A stretch of 63,783 nucleotides of DNA, filler included. It is 6 parts of 6 records of this genome, joined end to end, with 100 filler letters (N's around TTAATTAATTAA, not from the genome) between each part and the next. Parts side by side here need not be neighbours in the genome. Positions count along the whole stretch, not along the records: positions 1 to 13,989 come from SRR31156797_17844; 5 more parts are not named here. The stretch is one strand, 5' to 3'. Below the pieces are notes generated by a model. It was not told the origin of the DNA, did no database searches, and saw only the letters and a program-made list of their open reading frames with translations. The stretch's first letter is position 1; each line of letters opens with the position of its first letter. Shown here one piece after another: positions 1 through 8,659 of this stretch. Made by a program: the position numbers and the translations under genes.

Positions 1-3
1 TTA

Positions 4-76
4 TAGTGGCGAAGGGACTTGAACCCCTGGCCGATCGGATATGAGCCGATTGCTCTACCAACTGAGCTACGCCACC
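4..76 (-). tRNA. tRNA-Met(CAT), most likely elongator; CCA not encoded
   Basis: Reverse complement GGTGGCGTAGCTCAGTTGGTAGAGC-ATCGG-CTCATAT-CCGAT...GGTTCAAGTCC-...CGCCACTA folds as a cloverleaf with a CAT anticodon. It lacks the initiator C1:A72 mismatch and the three G-C anticodon-stem pairs. Confidence 0.93.
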
Positions 77-92
77 ACGCGATTGCCTGCGT

Positions 93-122
93 AATATACC
101 CTGAACTCGAAAAAAGTGTCAA
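93..122 (-). promoter_or_regulatory. Putative sigma70 promoter of the tRNA gene
   Basis: Minus strand TTGACA-18nt-TATATT just upstream of the tRNA 5' end. Confidence 0.6.
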
Positions 123-168
123 CAACCTTTCTCATATTTTTAAGCAAAAAACCTGAGCCCTCCTAACA

Positions 169-3147
169 TCAAATCAGGTTCAGTTCCTGGGCCTTCAGGA
201 CGATCTCGTTATTCCAGTAATTCTTCCGGAAATAGCTGTGTTTCATCTGCTGGCTGTCGAAGCGTCCGGCTCTTGTCTGGAGCAGCTTGAAGGCATGGCT
301 CACCAGGGATTCGTGGGACTCGTCGATCTTCATGCCCGTCTTCTCCACGATCAGGGCGATATAGAGGAAGAAGTAGTAACCGAAGGGCTGCTGATTGTAG
401 GCCTTGTCCATCCGGCAAAGGGGCTTGAGGCCCTCCCAGGCCTTCTCAGGCTGTCCTGTGATGCCTATCAGGTAGTAGTAGAAGCCCTTGGCCTGATCCA
501 GCAGGACATCCTCATAGAAGTCCCTGTCAGACAGGCGCCCTTCGATCAGACGGAAACCGTCCTCCCAGGAGTCTATCTCATGGATATAGCGGGGCGAAGG
601 GTCGTAGACGGCAAAGGCCTCTTCCAGAAGCTTTATCCCTGCGGGGATATCTCCGGTCAGATAGGCCGCTTCCGCCCTGAAGTAGGCCGTTTCAAGGGAC
701 ATGGGCTGACGGCTCAAGAGCTCTCCCGCCACCTTCTCGCTGTGGCCGAAGCAGAGGGCGCGGGCCATCCAGCTTGTGATGACCCTGGACTCCTGAGTGA
801 GCTTGTAGTGCTTACCCAGGCGGCGGCCCTGTTTGAGGACCTTGAACGCCTCCTGATAGCGGCCCAGCTCGAAGAGTATCCGGCCTTTGAGAAAGATCTG
901 GAAGATCTGGGTCTCCCTGTTCTTCTGCTCCTCCGCCAGGGGCATATAAAGATCCAGAGAGCGGAGGGACATAGAAAGATTGCCGAAGAGGTAGCCGGCA
1001 AGAACCATCAGCTTGCCGCAGACGAGGGAGGAGGCGTGATCCTGCATCTGCTCGCTTATCCGGAGGGCTATTTCAAAGTAGTCGACGGCGGACTGGAGCT
1101 TCCTCTGGCTGAGCATCGTCAGAGCCAGGGCCGTATTGGCCCGGATGACGCCGTGGTGATCGCTGTTCTTCTGGAAGGCGAAGAGGCTCTGCTTCACCGT
1201 CGATTGGGCGCTTTCGCTGTCCCCGATCAGGGCGTGATAGTGGGCCTGCTGGAGTAGGAACTCCTCGCTGCAGGCGCCCTGCGCTTCCATAAGGGAGAGA
1301 TAGCCCGCGTCCAGCTTCTCATGAATCTCCCTCCGGTCGTTCCTGAGGAGAACCGAACGGAGACGACCGGCGAACTGGATATTGTGCAGCCCCTCCTGCT
1401 GGGCATGAGTCAAGGCCCTACCGCTAAACAGATCCATAGAGAGGAGCCCCTCTGCGAGCTTGCTCTCCCGGATCTTAAGCAGGTCGTAAACGATCTTGTT
1501 CAGTATATCCAGACCGAAATCGACGCTCCCCCTCAGATTGAGAAAGTGGAAGAGGCCGCTATGGGAGAACACCTGCCCGCTCTCTATCTCCCGGCTCAGG
1601 AAGCGGGTGAAATCCTCTATCAGCTCGGGTACGTCCATCCCCGAAGAGGACTCCAGCATCGGCATGTTCAAGGGCCGCAGACTGAGCCCCGGGCCCTCAG
1701 GGGGAAAGTGGAGGTACCCGAGCTGATCCAGGCGCTTGAGCCTCTCCTCCGCTTCGGGAAGAGAGATTCCCCGGCTCTGCAGGAAACGGACCATCAGGTC
1801 CCGGGTCACGCAGTAGCGGCCTGGCTCGCAGAGGGTCAGGATATCCAGCGAGCATTTGTCCCGTCCGTAAAGATAGGCGCCAGCCGGACTCAGCTCCTCC
1901 CGGCTGTTCTGTATCCCTTCCAGACGATTCTGGAGGAAGAAGAACAGATCCACCAGACGGTTGCCCCCTCTCCTGAACGCGCTCATCAGCTCATCCGGGC
2001 TCAGCCGCAGTTCGGGAAAGATGTCGGCGGCCTTCAGGCGGAGGTTCTGTTCGTCGACGGCTGTTATCCGCAGCTCGTCACAGCTCTCCCCCAGGATATC
2101 CGGCAGAGCCTCCTCTCCGCAGAGGAAGAGGTACTTCTGCGAGGGAAAATGCTCTCGGATCACATCCAGGAGATGAGAGATCAGCTTAAGGGCTCCCTCT
2201 CCGTACCTGCCGGGTTCCCGTATGATCAGAACCGGAGAGCTCGTATAGGACTCAAGCTTCTTGAGGCAGCCCTTCCAGTAGAGGACAAAGGCTTGGAAGA
2301 AATCATCTTCCACCTGATCGTAGTAGCAGTTGTACCAGTCGAATGAGCTCAGATTCTCCATAAGGACTCTGTCCTGATCCCAGCGGATCCGCTCATCACT
2401 GGTGATATAGAGTTCCACCTGGTCCAGGAACCCCCTGTTGATGAAGCGGCACAGGGGATACCAGGGATCCCAGAAGCCCTCGGCCGGCTCCAGAAGCAGA
2501 AAGTTCTCGATAAAATCGGAGTCATCCTGCAGCACAGCCCGCAGCACATTCATCCCCTCTTCCCGGCAGAAGGTTCTGACGACGATTCCCTGAGACTCTT
2601 CCTGTCTGAAGATCCACTGATTCATCTTCTGGGTGAACGGGGGGATAATATCCTCCCTTTTCAGAAAACGCCTGTATCTCTCCGAAGAAGACATCATCTT
2701 ATCGCTTTTCAAAACAACGGGAATCAGATGGGAGTACTCCTCCCGGCGGGCTTCCTCAAGATAGTCCGAAAACTTGTCAATCACCTGATCTTCCAGCCAG
2801 ATGCGGTTCTCTTCGGGAGCGGTCAGAGCCAGGTTGTGCATATGGAAAAACAGATCGTCCTGTTCATGTCCGGCGGACAGGATAACCGAAACCCCCGTTA
2901 GAACGGAGCGATACTCGTGAAAGAGCTGCTTCATGGCCTCCGAACAGTTCAGTACGTTAAGGACGGTCTCCCTGTACAGGGCTGCGAACTGATAGAGATC
3001 CTCTCCCTCTTCGACCTCGGTCCCTCCGGCCTGGTGGATAAGAGCGGAAATCCGCTCCTGAAGTTCCGATATCTTCTTTCCATACAGCATTAGCAGCTGT
3101 TTTTTATTGTCCAGTTTGTAATAAATGTAAAACATGGTTTCCCGCAA
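169..3147 (-). CDS. Large TPR-repeat protein with degenerate cyclase-like and STAND-NTPase-like N-terminal regions (start uncertain: 3147, 3135 or 3090)
   Basis: 992-aa ORF with C-terminal TPR-like helices (AVDYFEIALRI, GRILFELGRYQEAFKVLKQG, AYFRAEAAYLTGD). Confidence 0.7.
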   Translation of the reverse strand: MRETMFYIYYKLDNKKQLLMLYGKKISELQERISALIHQAGGTEVEEGEDLYQFAALYRETVLNVLNCSEAMKQLFHEYRSVLTGVSVILSAGHEQDDLFFHMHNLALTAPEENRIWLEDQVIDKFSDYLEEARREEYSHLIPVVLKSDKMMSSSERYRRFLKREDIIPPFTQKMNQWIFRQEESQGIVVRTFCREEGMNVLRAVLQDDSDFIENFLLLEPAEGFWDPWYPLCRFINRGFLDQVELYITSDERIRWDQDRVLMENLSSFDWYNCYYDQVEDDFFQAFVLYWKGCLKKLESYTSSPVLIIREPGRYGEGALKLISHLLDVIREHFPSQKYLFLCGEEALPDILGESCDELRITAVDEQNLRLKAADIFPELRLSPDELMSAFRRGGNRLVDLFFFLQNRLEGIQNSREELSPAGAYLYGRDKCSLDILTLCEPGRYCVTRDLMVRFLQSRGISLPEAEERLKRLDQLGYLHFPPEGPGLSLRPLNMPMLESSSGMDVPELIEDFTRFLSREIESGQVFSHSGLFHFLNLRGSVDFGLDILNKIVYDLLKIRESKLAEGLLSMDLFSGRALTHAQQEGLHNIQFAGRLRSVLLRNDRREIHEKLDAGYLSLMEAQGACSEEFLLQQAHYHALIGDSESAQSTVKQSLFAFQKNSDHHGVIRANTALALTMLSQRKLQSAVDYFEIALRISEQMQDHASSLVCGKLMVLAGYLFGNLSMSLRSLDLYMPLAEEQKNRETQIFQIFLKGRILFELGRYQEAFKVLKQGRRLGKHYKLTQESRVITSWMARALCFGHSEKVAGELLSRQPMSLETAYFRAEAAYLTGDIPAGIKLLEEAFAVYDPSPRYIHEIDSWEDGFRLIEGRLSDRDFYEDVLLDQAKGFYYYLIGITGQPEKAWEGLKPLCRMDKAYNQQPFGYYFFLYIALIVEKTGMKIDESHESLVSHAFKLLQTRAGRFDSQQMKHSYFRKNYWNNEIVLKAQELNLI

Positions 3148-3179
3148 GAGTAAGCTGTTCTATAATTATATAGTAAACT

Positions 3180-3707
3180 ATGAGATATATAAAACATAAT
3201 GGAAAAAAATATAAATCCGTTCTCATTCGCCTCTCCAGCGAGACGGATTTTTCAGAAATCCTTGATGAGTTTCACAGTATTTTCATCAGCGGCATGGAGG
3301 AAAAGAAGCTTGAAAATATACGATACTCCCTCCTGGAGCTTGTAAACAATTCCATCAGAGCCCATAAGGAAAGGCAGTGCGATGACTTCATCACCCTCCG
3401 CTTCAGCGTCGAAGGGAAAGAACTGATCATCGTCCTGCAGGACAGGGGCGGAGGGTTCGACAAGAGCGGACTGCCCTATGATCTGGATGATGACGTGCAT
3501 GACATCGATATAAACGACGACAGCTTTATGGATTACCGTGAGAGGCACGGCTACAACCGTTTCGGAATGGGTCTCCTCGTCACCAAAAGGACCTTCGACA
3601 GCTTCGTCCTCAGCTTCCTGGACAAGGAGGGCGTATTGACCCGGGGCTATAATAAGGGAGAGACTGCGGGAACTCATATAGAACTGAGGAGCCTTTTGGA
3701 ATTATGA
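3180..3707 (+). CDS. RsbW/SpoIIAB-like HATPase (anti-sigma/Ser kinase family)
   Basis: N-box ELVNNSIRAH, G1 QDRGGGFD, G2-like GMGL. Confidence 0.8.
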   Translation: MRYIKHNGKKYKSVLIRLSSETDFSEILDEFHSIFISGMEEKKLENIRYSLLELVNNSIRAHKERQCDDFITLRFSVEGKELIIVLQDRGGGFDKSGLPYDLDDDVHDIDINDDSFMDYRERHGYNRFGMGLLVTKRTFDSFVLSFLDKEGVLTRGYNKGETAGTHIELRSLLEL

Positions 3708-4039
3708 AACAGAGACAATCCCAGAGACAGAACAGTTACGCCAAGGTCCTTATCCAGGGGAAACTGCCTGCGTATATAAGAGATATGAGCGAGCTGGGCT
3801 TCAGGGTCTATTCCCCCGTTCCCCTGCCCATGGAAGAGGGCGCCGCCATCAGCTGCCTGATCATCCCGGAGGACGGAAGCGGCAAGTTCGAGCTTTCCGG
3901 CGAGGTCCGATGGAACCGGATAGAAGACGAGGGGGACGACGTCATGGGGATTCTCATAAGCGCCTTCCCGACGGCCGAGGGGAAAAAGCGGTATTCATCC
4001 CTTCTCTCCCTCTTTACAAAAGACGCGGCAGAACTCTAA
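3704..4039 (+). CDS. Stand-alone PilZ-domain protein
   Basis: RxxxR (RQSQR) and DxSxxG (DMSELG) motifs, GEVRW strand; ATGA overlap with the upstream gene. Confidence 0.8.
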   Translation: MKQRQSQRQNSYAKVLIQGKLPAYIRDMSELGFRVYSPVPLPMEEGAAISCLIIPEDGSGKFELSGEVRWNRIEDEGDDVMGILISAFPTAEGKKRYSSLLSLFTKDAAEL

Positions 4040-4055
4040 ACGTCTTTTTCTTTGC

Positions 4056-4085
4056 TTGACGGATATTCCCCCTTAACCGTAAAAT
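4056..4085 (+). promoter_or_regulatory. Putative sigma70 promoter for the STAS gene
   Basis: TTGACG-18nt-TAAAAT. Confidence 0.45.
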
Positions 4086-4160
4086 ACCCTACGGACTGAA
4101 TTCTCCGGCAAGCTTCCCGGAGATTATGAGCCTTAAAAAACGCTCCCAAGGAGAGTCTCG

Positions 4161-4502
4161 TTGGAACTGAAAGTAAGGAAAAGCGGTACTATATACATCA
4201 TCGATATCGAAGGTGAGATGGATCTTTACAACGCCTTCAAGCTCAAGGAACTTGTAAACAAGATGCTGGACAGAGGAATCTCTCTGTTCGTTATCAATAT
4301 GGAAAAGGTTGAGTATATCGATTCCAGCGGTATCGGCGCACTGATTTTCGTAAGTTCGGCTCTGAAAAAGAAAAACGCAAAGCTGGTCATTACCAATGTC
4401 CACGGCTCGGTGAAGAAGGTCATCGAGCTCACGAAGCTGACCGGCTACTTCCCCATGCAGGAAACCCTCAAAGAGGGAATACTCCAACTTCAGAGAGGTT
4501 AA
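4161..4502 (+). CDS. STAS-domain anti-sigma factor antagonist (RsbV/SpoIIAA-like)
   Basis: GEMDLYNA and YIDSSGIGAL (phosphorylatable Ser); TTG start with an AAGGAG RBS. Confidence 0.9.
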   Translation: MELKVRKSGTIYIIDIEGEMDLYNAFKLKELVNKMLDRGISLFVINMEKVEYIDSSGIGALIFVSSALKKKNAKLVITNVHGSVKKVIELTKLTGYFPMQETLKEGILQLQRG

Positions 4503-4510
4503 TCATCATA

Positions 4511-5053
4511 ATGGCAGATAAGAGCATACAGATAGACGACAACCATGGGCTGATGGACAGGACGAACCTCTTCTACAAGGAGTTCCCCAGCGATTTCCGT
4601 CAGATCCGCTACTTCACCCTGCTGATCGTTCAGAAGGCGCCGCCTGAGATAAGGGAGATAAACCTTTTGGAGCAGCAGATCTCAGAGCTGATTAAAAACG
4701 CCGTAAAACACGGTAACGAAAGCGATCCCGACAAGCTTGTAAAGGTATGGTACACCTTCTCGGAAGACAATGCCAGAATCATCATCGAGGATGAGGGAGA
4801 AGGCTTCCAGGCCATCCGTCAATGGAACGATTTCAACGAGAAGAGAACAGATTGCCTGATCAAGGAGGACTACGAAGGCCTGGCCGAGTATGTCTCTTTC
4901 CGGACCGAAAAGAGTGATGACAACGACGGCGGCAACGCCATGTTCGCGGCCCTTGAATACTGGAACGACGGCGTCGTTTTCACGGAAAAGGCCAACTGCG
5001 TGGCCGTAGGGAAAACATTCCCCCGAAAGAACGGCGGCATCGAACTGGGCTAA
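4511..5053 (+). CDS. Second RsbW-like HATPase protein
   Basis: ELIKNAVKHGN N-box and EDEGEGF G1 box. Confidence 0.8.
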   Translation: MADKSIQIDDNHGLMDRTNLFYKEFPSDFRQIRYFTLLIVQKAPPEIREINLLEQQISELIKNAVKHGNESDPDKLVKVWYTFSEDNARIIIEDEGEGFQAIRQWNDFNEKRTDCLIKEDYEGLAEYVSFRTEKSDDNDGGNAMFAALEYWNDGVVFTEKANCVAVGKTFPRKNGGIELG

Positions 5054-5068
5054 AATCTACCAGCGCAC

Positions 5069-5229
5069 TGCCGGGCGAAAAGACTGGCGATAAGACAAGA
5101 CGCAATCTGAAGCACCTGGTCGCTGGAAAGCCTGCTGCCCGGCCATGCATCCATGGGGAGCTGAATGTGCCTCATGAGCACGCGCTGGAAGATTCCAACG
5201 CCGTATTGCAGCAAAGATTGAGCTCCGGC
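5069..5229. repeat. Putative palindromic extragenic (REP/MITE-like) element between convergent genes
   Basis: Imperfect nested inverted arms (CCGG..CCGG, GCGATA..TATTGC, AATCT..AGATT); only one copy in the window. Confidence 0.35.
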
Positions 5230-5945
5230 TACCAGTTGACGGGAGGGGCGATCACATCCTCCTCCCTTCCTATCTCCTCTCCCGGCCAGTTACGGAAAGG
5301 GATCTCCCAGTCCTCAACGAACCAGTACTCCTCTTCCCTGATAAGATAGAGAGTCCCTTCCAGAAAGCCCCCGTCCGAAAAAACGAGGCAGGGTACCCTG
5401 GCTGCGCGTCCCTCTATGTGGGAACGACCGGTTTCAAAAGCCTCGATCTCCTCCCCGATAGGGGCAAACTCATCCAGCTCTTCCAGGAAAAGAGGATGGG
5501 GATAGCTGGCCAGAAGGGAAGCCTGGTCCTTGCCCGACCGGAAGGTCTCCCAGAATTCTCTCACCACATACACGATGTCCCGTTGAACGGGACGGGGCGA
5601 GAGGGAGTCGGACAGAGGACCGATAAGGAAGCTTTCCGGGAGGATGTAGGAACGGGGCGACAGTTTCTGCAGATCCAGAGGTCCCGTAAACTCGCTCCAC
5701 TCCGCTACCGGAGGTGTTTTTTTATCGTCCCCGACGGTTTCGGGGGCAGCCGCTTCGGAATCATCCGTTTTTTTCAGGCTTAACACCCCGTTCCCGTCCT
5801 GTTCCGGGCCGGCTGTCTTCTTCGGAGAGGGGGCTTTGGGCGTACAGGCGCTCAGGCAGATGAATACCATAAGCAAAGCGCTCAAGAGACGGAAAATCCG
5901 CCGGAGGCGGGAGGGGGTTGTTGATCTCAAGTTCATAGTTCTCAT
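5229..5945 (-). CDS. Hypothetical lipoprotein
   Basis: Basic N-terminus, hydrophobic stretch and lipobox LSAC. Confidence 0.7.
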   Translation of the reverse strand: MRTMNLRSTTPSRLRRIFRLLSALLMVFICLSACTPKAPSPKKTAGPEQDGNGVLSLKKTDDSEAAAPETVGDDKKTPPVAEWSEFTGPLDLQKLSPRSYILPESFLIGPLSDSLSPRPVQRDIVYVVREFWETFRSGKDQASLLASYPHPLFLEELDEFAPIGEEIEAFETGRSHIEGRAARVPCLVFSDGGFLEGTLYLIREEEYWFVEDWEIPFRNWPGEEIGREEDVIAPPVNW

Positions 5946-6137
5946 TTTCGCTATGCAGTATACACCCGAAAAGCGAAAGATGATATCGCCGCCTGACGCT
6001 CCCTGAGGACTTTAAAGATCACAGACAGGGGGAATAATCAATTCCCGTTTACTGTCAAGGGCGTGCTCAGACACGCTGAAAGGAAATAATAAGCCTGTCA
6101 TAGCGTGAAGACTGGACTTATGTGTATAATACGATAC

Positions 6138-7409
6138 ATGCACAAGGAAGTTATCAGGCATTTAAGCGAAGACTATACCGTACCCGTAAGGGATCCCCTC
6201 TGGAAACACATCTACCTCTCCCCCGGATTGAGGAAGATAACCTACCATCCCGAGTTCCAGAAGCTGGGGCGGATAAGCCAGCTGGGACCGGCCTCCCTGG
6301 TCTATCCGGGAGCGACCCATACCAGGCTCAACCACTCTCTGGGGGTGTTCTATCTGTCCCGCCGCATCCTCAAGTCCATCCTCTTTTCCGAAGGATGTCC
6401 CGGTTACCTGAGCCTGAAAGGGGTCAAATCCTTCCTGTGCGCCTCCCTGCTCCACGACATAGGCCATTTCCCCCATGCCCACTCCTTTATGGAGCTGCCC
6501 CTGAAGGATCATGAAGAGCTCTCGGGTGACATTATCCTCGGTTCGGGCATAGGGCAGATTATCGAGGGGGAGATAGGAGGGAGCGCCGAGCTGACGGCGG
6601 CTATCGTGGACACCTCCAAACACGCAGAAGGAAACAGGGAGCTGATCTTCTTCAGGAACATCCTCTCGGGGGTGCTGGATCCGGACAAGCTGGACTATCT
6701 GAACCGGGACGCCTACTTCTGCGGAGTCCCCTACGGCATGCAGGACATAGACTTCGTGATCTCACAGATCAGGCCCACCGAATCGGGAATAGGCCTGACA
6801 GCGAAAGGCCTGACCGCCGTGGAGAACATCCTCTTCTCCAAATACCTGATGTACAAAACCGTCTACTGGCATATAGACGTCAGGATCTCGACGGCCCTGG
6901 TGAAGAAGGCGGTGTCTCTGGGGCTGTCGGGAGGGTTCCTCAATCCCGATGATCTTTACGGCATGGACGACAAGACCTTTTTCCAGAAGATGACCGAATC
7001 TCCGGAAGAGATCGCCTCCCTGGTCAGAGAGTCCGAGACCCCCCGGAAGTACACTATCATCTCACAGCTCCCCTTCGACAACAGGAACGCCCTGCACAGG
7101 GAGCTCATGGATCTGGAGATGAGACACAAACACGAACAGCGCCTGGCCGGTATGATCGAGGCACGCTATCCCGGGCTGCTGCCCGAAAACCATCTGGTGA
7201 TTGACATCCCCTCCAGGATATCCTTCGAGGTGGATCTGCCCATCCTTACGAATGAGGGGGTCATTCCCTTTACCGAAGCCGGTTCTGTCTTCAGCAAACC
7301 GGTGGTCCAGGGCTTTACCGAAACCCTGCGGCACATCCGCGTCATCGTCCCCTCCGAAACGGCCCGGAAGGTTCCCCATCTGGACCTGGATCCCTTCTCC
7401 ATTCCCTGA
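6138..7409 (+). CDS. HD-domain phosphohydrolase (YwfO/SAMHD1-like dNTPase family)
   Basis: ATHTRLNHSLG, LLHDIGH, DPDKLDYLNRD, MYKTVYWH. Confidence 0.9.
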   Translation: MHKEVIRHLSEDYTVPVRDPLWKHIYLSPGLRKITYHPEFQKLGRISQLGPASLVYPGATHTRLNHSLGVFYLSRRILKSILFSEGCPGYLSLKGVKSFLCASLLHDIGHFPHAHSFMELPLKDHEELSGDIILGSGIGQIIEGEIGGSAELTAAIVDTSKHAEGNRELIFFRNILSGVLDPDKLDYLNRDAYFCGVPYGMQDIDFVISQIRPTESGIGLTAKGLTAVENILFSKYLMYKTVYWHIDVRISTALVKKAVSLGLSGGFLNPDDLYGMDDKTFFQKMTESPEEIASLVRESETPRKYTIISQLPFDNRNALHRELMDLEMRHKHEQRLAGMIEARYPGLLPENHLVIDIPSRISFEVDLPILTNEGVIPFTEAGSVFSKPVVQGFTETLRHIRVIVPSETARKVPHLDLDPFSIP

Positions 7410-7416
7410 AAAAAAA

Positions 7417-7440
7417 TCCCCGGGAGCGGCCTCCCGGGGA
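7417..7440. terminator. GC-rich hairpin after the HD gene
   Basis: TCCCCGGGAG-CGGC-CTCCCGGGGA, flanked by an A-run (U-tract on the minus strand). Confidence 0.6.
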
Positions 7441-7537
7441 AATTGAACCACTTTCAGACCTCGTGCGTCTGAACGGATTTGCAAATGAAATGAATGAATG
7501 CGGCATGCCGGTAGCGTTCACTCATTTGATGATGGCC

Positions 7538-8659
7538 TCAGCTGAAAAGATCGTCGAAATCATCCATCTTCAGAGCCAGCCCTCCCGTCTCCTCCGCGTT
7601 CCGAGCCTTCAGGGGAAGATACTCCTCATTGTACTCCCTGGCCAGCCTGTAGATGTCGTCGTCCTTGAAGTCTTCCGGTATCAGGACCTCCAGGTTATAG
7701 GAGCCGTCAGAGAGTCCCCGGAGCATGATGTTCACCGGATCGGTAACGGTGATGGCGAAGTGGGGACTGTAGCTGACCATCAGGACGATCAGCATGAAGA
7801 GGATGGAGACGAAGATCAGGATATTGCTCTTCGATTCTCCCGCATAGAGGGGCTTGAGGCTGTAGAAAAGCTCGATCTCTCCGGACTTCACATAACCGTA
7901 GTCCGAAGGACCGAACCACTGCCTGTAATAATCATTGTCATAACGGGTGTAAACCGTTCCTTCTGCGCTCCTCATGATCAGAACGGAATCGTAGTTGTCG
8001 AACTCCTGAACCAGCACCGTATTCCCGGAACGGCAGAGCTTGTCCGCCGTGCCGGCCATGGCCTCGTGCTGGGAGACGAAGGACTTTTCCAGATCGCTGA
8101 AGGGGGCGAAGGCCAGAAGGAAGGACACCGCCGTCATGGTGATGACGAAGGCGGACACCACGGTGGTGATCACGCGGGTCATATGGCGCTGGGCCATAGC
8201 GGAGTTGACGAACTTGATCTTCTTGAAGACCTTCAGAAGCCGCAGCAGCCTGAGTATCCTCGCGATCCTGACGGTCTTGACCACCTTGAGGATATTGAGG
8301 ATTCCTCCCGCGCCCATATAGGCGCCTCCCGTGGCCAGGGCGAGAACGGCGGGCCCCGAGCTCAGGAGAAGCAGAGGCAGGGAGGCCACCAGGTCCACCC
8401 ATCCCCTCTCCAGGACCATATAACGGATCCCCCGGCCCTTCTTGAGGGCCGCGAAGTAGCGTACGAGAAACTCGAGGGTAAAGAACAGGTCGAAACAGAA
8501 TCCCGAGACGATCAGGGCCCGGCGGGCGCTCCATGACCAGCCCAGAAGAACCGCAAGGTCCTCCACAAAGGTCTGTATGAGAACCAGGAATATCACGAAG
8601 AGAATACAGTTTTCTATGATGTTTATTATCTTTCCCGTCTTCATGGGCTTACCATCCAT
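7538..8659 (-). CDS. Membrane protein: voltage-sensor-like S1-S4, periplasmic domain and HAMP-like tail
   Basis: FDLFFTLEFLVR (S2), WVDLVASLP (S3), KTVRIARILRLLRLLK (S4); no GYG pore; C-terminal DP...GSYNLEV...DDIYRLAREYN. Confidence 0.75.
   Translation of the reverse strand: MDGKPMKTGKIINIIENCILFVIFLVLIQTFVEDLAVLLGWSWSARRALIVSGFCFDLFFTLEFLVRYFAALKKGRGIRYMVLERGWVDLVASLPLLLLSSGPAVLALATGGAYMGAGGILNILKVVKTVRIARILRLLRLLKVFKKIKFVNSAMAQRHMTRVITTVVSAFVITMTAVSFLLAFAPFSDLEKSFVSQHEAMAGTADKLCRSGNTVLVQEFDNYDSVLIMRSAEGTVYTRYDNDYYRQWFGPSDYGYVKSGEIELFYSLKPLYAGESKSNILIFVSILFMLIVLMVSYSPHFAITVTDPVNIMLRGLSDGSYNLEVLIPEDFKDDDIYRLAREYNEEYLPLKARNAEETGGLALKMDDFDDLFS

Noticed and set aside
4-76. tRNA as initiator fMet or Ile2(CAT)
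   Set aside because: No C1:A72 mismatch or GGG/CCC anticodon stem, and the acceptor stem resembles elongator Met; Ile2 cannot be fully excluded without a model
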